From the NCBI RefSeq assembly GCF_001457615.1, contig NZ_LN831024.1, positions 2,730,001 through 2,762,000 on the forward strand: DNA of 32,000 bases, written 5' to 3'. Under the pieces are notes generated by a model. It did no database searches and had not been told where the DNA came from. It worked only from the letters and a program-made list of their open reading frames with translations. Of the stretch, positions 1 through 10,828 are shown one piece after another. Position 1 is the stretch's first letter, and each line of letters begins with the position of its first letter. The translations under genes were made by a program, and so were the position numbers. The stretch comes from Pseudomonas aeruginosa. GTDB taxonomy: Bacteria; Pseudomonadota; Gammaproteobacteria; Pseudomonadales; Pseudomonadaceae.

Positions 1-1
1 G

Positions 2-691
2 GCGGGGCAGGAGATCGAACTGCTGGAGTCGGAGTTGCGCGGCGAACTGCGCCTCGCCGCGCCGCCGTCGTTCGCCGCGGCGTTCCTCCAGCAGGCCTGC
101 GCCAGCTTCCTCGAGGCGCATCCGCGGATCAGCCTGCGGGTGGACCTCGACGAAACCTTCCTCGATCTCAGCGAAGGCGGCTACGACCTCGGCCTGCGCG
201 ACGGCCCCATCGACCTGCCGGGGCTGGTGGCGCGGCCGCTGGCGCCGAATCAGATCGTGCTTTGCGCCAGCCCCGCCTACCTGGCGCGGCAACCCGCGCC
301 GCAAGGCCCGGAGGACTTCGAGCGGCACGCCTGGCTGGTCTTCCAGCACCCTTCGCTGAACCAGAACTTCTGGTGGATGGAGCGCGACGGCGCCCGCCAG
401 CGTATCGACCAGCCGCGCCCGCGACTGGCCAGCGACAACTACGACTTCCTGCTCGCCCACCTGCTGGCCGGGCTGGGCCTGCAGTTCTGCCCGCAGTGGA
501 GCGTCGCGCCGCTGCTCGGTGAAGGGCGGCTGGTGCGCCTGCTCGGCGACTACCACTTCGACCCGGGGCCGTTCGGGCCCTCCATCCATGTCCTCTATCC
601 GGGGCACCGGCGCAACACGCGGAAGGTCCGCGCGTTCCTCGAGCACCTGCGCGCCAGCTTGCAGCGACAGGGGCTGTGCCATCGGCTGTAA
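2..691 (+). CDS. LysR-family transcriptional regulator, C-terminal effector-binding part (5' end lies upstream of the window)
   Basis: The frame is open from base 2 (AGQEIELLESELRGELRLAAPPSFAAAFL...) and ends at stop TAA 689-691. The layout is typical of a LysR substrate-binding domain (GYDLGLR, LVARPL, LASDNYDFLLAHLLAGLGL) and third-position GC is high. Its position next to the gcv cluster fits my recollection of PA2447. Confidence 0.85.
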   Translation, partial: AGQEIELLESELRGELRLAAPPSFAAAFLQQACASFLEAHPRISLRVDLDETFLDLSEGGYDLGLRDGPIDLPGLVARPLAPNQIVLCASPAYLARQPAPQGPEDFERHAWLVFQHPSLNQNFWWMERDGARQRIDQPRPRLASDNYDFLLAHLLAGLGLQFCPQWSVAPLLGEGRLVRLLGDYHFDPGPFGPSIHVLYPGHRRNTRKVRAFLEHLRASLQRQGLCHRL

Positions 692-805
692 CGCTTCGGT
701 TACGAGTGGAACGAATTCGTTCCGATTGCCGGAAAAACCTTTGCTGTCAGGCGTTTGCGCTCTGGTTCGGGAAATGTCCGGCGGGTCTGTAACGAAAGCG
801 TTCCA
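687..805. promoter_or_regulatory. Three tandem 18-bp enhancer-binding-protein sites of the form TGTAACG-N4-CGTTCCG (TyrR/GcsR-like UAS)
   Basis: The three sites are 687-704 TGTAACGcttcGGTTACG, 707-724 TGGAACGaattCGTTCCG and 788-805 TGTAACGaaagCGTTCCA. The core of the second site, 708-723 GGAACGAATTCGTTCC, is a perfect 16-bp palindrome. They lie 65-185 bp upstream of a sigma54 promoter. Confidence 0.6.
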
Positions 806-870
806 TGGCGGCCCTGTCCGGGTTTCCCCCGCGCCCGGCCACGCCCCGTGGCGACAGGGTCGGGGCCGCT

Positions 871-886
871 TGGCACCCTGCTTGCT
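871..886 (+). promoter_or_regulatory. sigma54 (RpoN) -24/-12 promoter
   Basis: TGGCAC-cctgc-TTGCT matches the TGGCAC-N5-TTGCW consensus. It sits 64 bp upstream of the gcvH2 ATG. Confidence 0.8.
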
Positions 887-949
887 ACGGGCAGCCGCAG
901 AACAAAGTCCCGTCCCGACCGGGCGACCCGCTGACAATGAGGATCCAGC

Positions 950-1333
950 ATGAGCAAGTTGCGCTTTACCACCGACCACGAATGGCTGCGCCAGGACGAC
1001 GACGGGCTGCTGACCGTCGGCATCACCGCCTACGCCCAGGACGCCCTCGGTGACGTGGTATTCGTGCAGTTGCCGGAACTCGGCGAACACGCCGCCGGCA
1101 GTGAAGTGGCGGTGCTGGAGTCGGTCAAGGCCGCCAGCAACATCCTGATGCCGCTGGACGGCGAGGTGGTGGCGATCAACGACGCGCTGCCGGACGCCCC
1201 GGAGCTGGTCAACCAGGATCCGCTCGGCGAGGCCTGGTTCTTCCGTTTCCGTCCGGCCGACGCCGGCGCCTGGGAAAAGCTGCTCGACCAGGCCGCCTAC
1301 GACCGCCTGCTGAACGCCAACGCCGACGCCTGA
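950..1333 (+). CDS. gcvH2: Glycine cleavage system H protein (lipoyl carrier)
   Basis: 127 aa with the lipoyl-lysine motif ESVKAAS and GcvH-like sequence throughout ([34 protein letters not shown]). A GAGGA SD lies upstream. Confidence 0.95.
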   Translation: MSKLRFTTDHEWLRQDDDGLLTVGITAYAQDALGDVVFVQLPELGEHAAGSEVAVLESVKAASNILMPLDGEVVAINDALPDAPELVNQDPLGEAWFFRFRPADAGAWEKLLDQAAYDRLLNANADA

Positions 1334-1343
1334 GGATCCCGCC

Positions 1344-4223
<2,880 letters not shown>

Positions 4224-4365
4224 CGGACGAGGAGGGCGCCGCCAGCGGCGGCGTCCTCGCGTTTCCGGCGATACCCCTTTCCCGGCGCCGCGCTTGCGTA
4301 GCGGCGCCGCGGCCACGCTCGCGCCAGCGAGCGTCCTGACACCGACACGACAAGAGGCCAGCGCC

Positions 4366-5622
4366 ATGTTCAGCAAGCACGACCAGCTCCAGGGCTACGA
4401 CGACGAACTGCTCGCCGCGATGGACGCCGAAGACCGGCGGCAGGAAGACCACATCGAACTGATCGCCTCGGAGAACTACGCCAGCAAGCGGGTCATGCAG
4501 GCGCAGGGCAGCGGCCTGACCAACAAGTATGCCGAGGGCTATCCGGGCAAGCGCTACTACGGCGGCTGCGAACACGTCGACAAGGTCGAGCGGCTGGCCA
4601 TCGACCGCGCCAGGCAACTGTTCGGCGCCGACTACGCCAACGTCCAGCCGCATTCCGGTTCCTCGGCCAACGCCGCGGTGTACCTGGCGCTGCTCAACGC
4701 CGGCGACACCATCCTCGGCATGAGCCTGGCCCACGGCGGCCATCTCACCCACGGCGCCAAGGTGTCCTCCTCCGGCAAGCTGTACAACGCCGTGCAGTAC
4801 GGCCTGGACACCGCTACCGGGCTGATCGACTACGACGAAGTCGAGCGCCTGGCCGTGGAGCATAAGCCGAAGATGATCGTCGCCGGCTTCTCCGCCTACT
4901 CCAAGACCCTCGACTTCCCGCGCTTCCGCGCCATCGCCGACAAGGTCGGCGCGCTGCTGTTCGTCGACATGGCCCACGTCGCCGGGCTGGTCGCCGCCGG
5001 CCTCTACCCGAATCCGATCCCCTTCGCCGACGTGGTCACCACCACCACCCACAAGACCCTGCGCGGCCCGCGCGGCGGCCTGATCCTGGCGCGCGCCAAC
5101 GAGGAGATCGAGAAGAAGCTCAACTCCGCGGTATTCCCCGGCGCCCAGGGCGGCCCGCTGATGCACGTGATCGCGGCCAAGGCGGTGTGCTTCAAGGAAG
5201 CGCTGGAGCCGGGCTTCAAGGACTACCAGGCGCAGGTGATCCGCAACGCCAAGGCGATGGCCGAGGTGTTCATCGGGCGCGGCTACGACGTGGTTTCCGG
5301 CGGCACCGACAACCACCTGATGCTGATCAGCCTGGTGAAGCAGGGGCTGACCGGCAAGGCCGCCGACGCGGCGCTCGGAGCGGCGCACATCACGGTGAAC
5401 AAGAACGCCGTGCCGAACGATCCGCAGAGCCCGTTCGTCACCTCCGGCATCCGCATCGGCACCCCAGCGGTGACCACTCGCGGTTTCCGCGAGGGCGAGT
5501 GCCGCGAACTGGCCGGCTGGATCTGCGACATCCTCGACGATATCGACAATCCCGAGGTCGGCGAACGGGTCAGGGGCCAGGTCGGCGAATTCTGCCGGCA
5601 CTTCCCGGTCTACGCTGATTGA
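4366..5622 (+). CDS. glyA2: Serine hydroxymethyltransferase
   Basis: The start is placed at ATG 4366 ([16 protein letters not shown]) with an AAGAGG SD at 4352-4357. The SHMT signature [16 protein letters not shown] and the HGGHLTHG block are present. The track ORF begins earlier, at 4294, without homology support. Confidence 0.95.
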   Translation: MFSKHDQLQGYDDELLAAMDAEDRRQEDHIELIASENYASKRVMQAQGSGLTNKYAEGYPGKRYYGGCEHVDKVERLAIDRARQLFGADYANVQPHSGSSANAAVYLALLNAGDTILGMSLAHGGHLTHGAKVSSSGKLYNAVQYGLDTATGLIDYDEVERLAVEHKPKMIVAGFSAYSKTLDFPRFRAIADKVGALLFVDMAHVAGLVAAGLYPNPIPFADVVTTTTHKTLRGPRGGLILARANEEIEKKLNSAVFPGAQGGPLMHVIAAKAVCFKEALEPGFKDYQAQVIRNAKAMAEVFIGRGYDVVSGGTDNHLMLISLVKQGLTGKAADAALGAAHITVNKNAVPNDPQSPFVTSGIRIGTPAVTTRGFREGECRELAGWICDILDDIDNPEVGERVRGQVGEFCRHFPVYAD

Positions 5623-5669
5623 ACAGGAGCGCCGCCATGGTGGCGGCCAATCCGCAAGCGGAGACGAGC

Positions 5670-7046
<1,377 letters not shown>

Positions 7047-7049
7047 ACC

Positions 7050-7082
7050 GCGCCGCTGCGCCGGCGCTTCTTTTTTCTTTCC
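7050..7082 (+). terminator. Intrinsic-terminator-like hairpin plus T-tract inside the operon (between sdaA and gcvT2)
   Basis: The stem GCGCCG (7050-7055) pairs with CGGCGC (7062-7067) across a 6-nt loop. It is followed by TTCTTTTTTCTTTCC (7068-7082). Confidence 0.5.
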
Positions 7083-7139
7083 CGACAATCGATCGCGGCT
7101 CTCCGGCAGACAGGAGGCCGGGATGCCATGGAGTGAAAC

Positions 7140-8261
7140 ATGACCGCAGAAACCCTCGCCAAGACGCCCCTGCACGCCCTGCACCTGGAACTGGGGGCGA
7201 AGATGGTGCCCTTCGCCGGCTATGACATGCCGGTGCAGTACCCGGCCGGGGTGCTCAAGGAGCACCTGCACACCCGCGAGCAGGCCGGTCTGTTCGATGT
7301 CTCGCACATGGGCCAGATCCGCCTGGTGGGCGCCGATGCGGCGCTGGCCCTGGAAAGCCTGGTGCCGGTGGACATCCTCGACCTGCCGGTGGGCCAGCAG
7401 CGCTACGCGTTGTTCACCGACGAGCAGGGCGGGATCCTCGACGACCTGATGGTGGCCAACCTCGGCGATTGCCTGCTGCTGGTGGTCAACGCCGCCTGCA
7501 AGCACCAGGACCTGGCGCACCTGCGTCGTCACCTGGAAGACCGTTGCAGCGTCGAGCCGCTGTTCGAGGAGCGTGCCTTGCTCGCCCTCCAGGGACCGGC
7601 GGCGGTGCGGGTGCTGGAGCGCCTGGCGCCGCAGGTGGCGCAGATGACCTTCATGCAGTTCGCCCGCGTCGAGCTGCTCGGCCAGGACTGCTACGTCAGC
7701 CGCTCCGGCTATACCGGTGAAGACGGCTACGAGATCTCCGTGCCCGCCGCCCATGCCGAGGCCCTGGCGCGGCGCCTGCTGGCCGAGCCGGAAGTGGCGC
7801 CGATCGGCCTCGGCGCGCGCGACTCGCTGCGCCTGGAAGCCGGCCTGTGCCTCTACGGCCACGACATGGACAGCGCCACCACGCCGGTCGAAGCCAGCCT
7901 CGGCTGGGCCATTTCCAAGGCGCGCCGCGCCGACGGCGTGCGCGCCGGCGGCTTCCCCGGCGCCGAGCGGATCTTTGCCCAGCAGGCGCAGGGCGTTGCC
8001 AGCAAGCGCGTCGGTTTCCTGCCGCAGGGGCGGATGCCGGTGCGCGAGGGCGCCGAGATCGTCGATGCCCAGGGGCGGGCGATCGGCAAGGTCAGCAGCG
8101 GCGGTTTCGGTCCGAGTCTCAACGCGCCGCTGGCCATGGGCTACGTGCCGAGCGAGCTGGCCGGCCTGGGCAGCGAGGTGACGGCGATGGTGCGCGGCAA
8201 GCCGGTGACCCTGGTGGTCAGCAAGATGCCCTTCGTGGCGCAGCGCTACTACCGCGGTTGA
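7140..8261 (+). CDS. gcvT2: Aminomethyltransferase, glycine cleavage system T protein
   Basis: 373 aa. It has GcvT-like sequence at the N-terminus ([36 protein letters not shown]) and at the C-terminus. A GGAG SD lies 6 nt upstream. Confidence 0.95.
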   Translation: MTAETLAKTPLHALHLELGAKMVPFAGYDMPVQYPAGVLKEHLHTREQAGLFDVSHMGQIRLVGADAALALESLVPVDILDLPVGQQRYALFTDEQGGILDDLMVANLGDCLLLVVNAACKHQDLAHLRRHLEDRCSVEPLFEERALLALQGPAAVRVLERLAPQVAQMTFMQFARVELLGQDCYVSRSGYTGEDGYEISVPAAHAEALARRLLAEPEVAPIGLGARDSLRLEAGLCLYGHDMDSATTPVEASLGWAISKARRADGVRAGGFPGAERIFAQQAQGVASKRVGFLPQGRMPVREGAEIVDAQGRAIGKVSSGGFGPSLNAPLAMGYVPSELAGLGSEVTAMVRGKPVTLVVSKMPFVAQRYYRG

Positions 8262-8267
8262 GCACTG

Positions 8268-8295
8268 GCCCTCTCTCGCCTCGGCGGGAGAGGGC
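8268..8295. terminator. GC-rich hairpin between convergent genes (no clear U-tract)
   Basis: GCCCTCTC (8268-8275) pairs with GAGAGGGC (8288-8295), with further inner pairs. It lies between the gcvT2 stop (8261) and the stop of the minus-strand gene (8307). Confidence 0.35.
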
Positions 8296-8306
8296 GGCGA
8301 CCGGCC

Positions 8307-9011
8307 TCACGGGTGTTTCGGCCGCTGCCGTTGCAGGCCCAGCTTCTTGGCCCGGTGGAATACCGCTGCGCGGGTCTTGCCGGTCTGCTGCGCACACCAT
8401 AGCGAGCCGCGCTGCTGGTAGTGCTGGCGCAACAGATCTTCCTCGGACTTGCTCCAGATCGCATTGTTGCGGTCGCGCCCGCTGTGCGGGGAAAGCTCCT
8501 CGGCCTTGCTGGCGACACTCTGGTAGCTGCGGCCGAGCATGTAGGCGCACCAGGCCAGGCTGCGCTTGCTGCCGTGGCGGCGGATGAACTCGACTTCTTC
8601 GCTGGACCAGGCGGCCGGTGCCTTCGGCGGCGCCTTGCGGTCCAGCGAGCGGGCGAGGGCGGCGCGGGCGCGCGCCACCGCCTGGTCGCCGGGATTGTTG
8701 CGGCGGGTCACGCCGAGGGCGCGGCGCCAGCGCCCCACCAGGCTCGGACTGAAACCCCACCAGAACTGCACCGACTCGGCGCATTCGGTACGTACCGCGC
8801 GCAGCAGGTCGCCGCAGAGAATCGGCGAAGGGCGGCCGCTGCGCTTGCGCGTCGGCCAGCGGAACAGGCCGTCGGTGAAGCCGCCGACCTCCACGGCGCC
8901 TTCCAGCTCGTCGACCAGCCAGTCGCCGGGGATCACCAGTGGGCTGGTGTAGGGCGCGCCGAGCAGCAGGTGGTTGATGGTAGCGACAGAGGTAGGGGTG
9001 TCTGCAGTCAT
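8307..9011 (-). CDS. Hypothetical protein with three Myb/SANT-like helix-turn-helix repeats
   Basis: The start is placed at ATG 9011 (MTADTPTSV) with an AAGGA SD. The protein is 234 aa. Two repeats read WSSEEVEFIRRHGSKRSLAWCAYMLGRSYQSVASKAEEL and WSKSEEDLLRQHYQQRGSLWCAQQTGKTRAAVFHRAKKLG, and a degenerate upstream copy reads SVQFWWGFSPSLVGRWRRALG. The track ORF extension to 9458 is Arg/Pro-rich and unsupported. Confidence 0.75.
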   Translation of the reverse strand: MTADTPTSVATINHLLLGAPYTSPLVIPGDWLVDELEGAVEVGGFTDGLFRWPTRKRSGRPSPILCGDLLRAVRTECAESVQFWWGFSPSLVGRWRRALGVTRRNNPGDQAVARARAALARSLDRKAPPKAPAAWSSEEVEFIRRHGSKRSLAWCAYMLGRSYQSVASKAEELSPHSGRDRNNAIWSKSEEDLLRQHYQQRGSLWCAQQTGKTRAAVFHRAKKLGLQRQRPKHP

Positions 9012-9178
9012 GGGACGATCCTTGCTGATACCGGGCCAGCTGGGCTGGCCATATCCCTGAGAGCGGCGTCGCTGCGGCATGGCGGGCGACGGCGCGTTCG
9101 CTTCCCGTGGTTCGGGCGGTCTTCCGGCGGAGGGCGACTGCCTGTCGCGCCTCCTTGGGAACGGGCTGGAAGCCATGC

Positions 9179-10141
9179 TCATGGGCGGGCTCCACGATAG
9201 ATGTGCCAGGCCAGCCGGCCGGGACGGGCGGCGATCGCCGCATCCACCTCGATGCGCGGCAGGTCCAGCGGGTCGCAACGGGTATCCACCAGGCCATTGC
9301 GCGCGCCGAAGGCGAAGCGGTAGCCAAGCCGACCGAGGGCGGCGCGCAGGCCGGGTTGCGCGGCGGGTGTGGTACGAGCTTGGCAGAACACCGGCAGGGG
9401 GGCGGCGCAATGCTGCTGGAGCTGGCGGTGGGCGCGGCCGAGACAGTCCTCGGCGCAAAGGCCTGCCGATGGGTGCGGCTCCTGTCCGCGCAGGCCGAAG
9501 CGAAGCAGGCCGCTGTTTTCCAGGCGGCGGACCCGCTCCCAGTCGCCAGCGCTGTACAGTGCGGGAACCGGGCAGGCCGCGTGCAAGGCCTGCTGCGAGG
9601 CCGGGTCGAGGCGTTCCAGCTTGCGCAGGAGGAGGTCGAGGTTGCGGCTGCGACGCTGGTCGTCGCCGGTGCGTTCGAACACCGCCATGAGTGCCGCGCC
9701 GCTATAACCCTCCAGCAGTTCCAGCAAGGGTCCGGCGGCAGTCGCATCGGCCTGCCAGAGCGTCTCGGCCACCGCTTCGCGCCAACTGCGCGGGTCACCG
9801 CCGATGAAGGCGCTCGCCGGCATTTCGTAGCGTTCCAGCAGCGGATAGACCTGCTCGGCCAGTTCCGCAGGGTTGCCGTCGACGCTCAGGGCGATCCGCA
9901 GGCAGGCTGGAGCGGGGCCTTCGAGCAGGTGTTCCAGGGGAACGCAGAGGAAGTGCCGCTGTAGCCATAGCAACAGGGTTTCCAGGTCCTGACGATCGAG
10001 GCAGTGACCTTGCCGGTGCGGCAGGGTCGCGCGCCGGCGATCCGCGACTACCGGTCCCAGGCGCAGCACGATACCGTTCTGGCGCAGCCGGCGCTGGCCT
10101 ACGGAGGAGTTCAGGAACGTCATCCCGATCAGGCTTCGCAT
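9179..10141 (-). CDS. Polysaccharide-deacetylase (NodB)-like protein with degenerate catalytic motifs
   Basis: 320 aa with good codon bias. It follows the NodB-like order of blocks: IALSVDGNPAE where TFDDG is expected, LLERYEMPASAFIGG, and ENSGLLRFGLRGQEPH where the His-His motif is expected. A GGGGGAAG SD precedes ATG 10141. Confidence 0.65.
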   Translation of the reverse strand: MRSLIGMTFLNSSVGQRRLRQNGIVLRLGPVVADRRRATLPHRQGHCLDRQDLETLLLWLQRHFLCVPLEHLLEGPAPACLRIALSVDGNPAELAEQVYPLLERYEMPASAFIGGDPRSWREAVAETLWQADATAAGPLLELLEGYSGAALMAVFERTGDDQRRSRNLDLLLRKLERLDPASQQALHAACPVPALYSAGDWERVRRLENSGLLRFGLRGQEPHPSAGLCAEDCLGRAHRQLQQHCAAPLPVFCQARTTPAAQPGLRAALGRLGYRFAFGARNGLVDTRCDPLDLPRIEVDAAIAARPGRLAWHIYRGARP

Positions 10142-10828
10142 GGCTTCCCCCGGCTCATCGACGATCCGTCACCGGCGATCGTTCCCTGCGCGCGGCAGGG
10201 CTTTCGCCAGCCTGTCCGGAGGCTGTGCCATGGACTCCGGCCCCGGCAGTCGATTCGGTCATGGGCGAGCCTCCTGGGGTAATCCGCACAAACGTTTGCT
10301 GCGACCACGCAATGCGTGGCTCGAACCGGGGCTTGGCGAGGCCCCGGCGGTTGTTCGATAAGGACTGCATGGCACCGGATAACGCTACAAAGGATCGATA
10401 TGATTCTTTTTTGACGCTATCACAGTCGATGGTCGGATTATTGACGCTCTGCCGCTGTTATAAAACCGTCAGGCTATGCGAAAAGGCCTGCCGGCTACGC
10501 GTCGAGGCCCGGAATGGCGTGCCTTTGCGGGGGAGATGAGGGCTCCGGTAGGCCTATGCGGATTGGTTATAAGAAATCCGATTTGAATGAAAATTGCCGA
10601 CGAATGGTCGTTTGCACGGATGTCCGGTGGTTTTTCCCGGCTGCTTAGAACCTTTCGATTGGTTAGGTGTTGCCCAGGGTGCTGCACACAGACTCTCGTC
10701 TTCCAGTCAAGAGCCTTGGGATGCAGACTGTTTTTCAAATCATGACAACTTCTTAACGCGCATTGTTATAAAGTTGCGGGCGTTTGCGCCGGCCTGGCCG
10801 GTACCTTCGAGTTTTGCCTGGAGTGAAG

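Noticed and set aside
8218-9964. 526-aa minus ORF (8218-9798), the 383-aa extension of the Myb-like gene to 9458, and plus-strand ORFs 8421-9200 and 9107-9964
   Set aside because: They are off-frame or antisense to the two minus-strand genes. The extension upstream of ATG 9011 is Arg/Pro-rich and lacks an SD, whereas ATG 9011 has an AAGGA SD.
10457-10771. Reading the three GTTATAA heptamers as bona fide Zur boxes
   Set aside because: Only the TGTTATA half-site matches. The expected inverted half (TATAACA) is absent at all three positions, with 1-3 of 6 matches. I keep the repeats as an observation but do not call Zur operators without a matrix scan or binding data.
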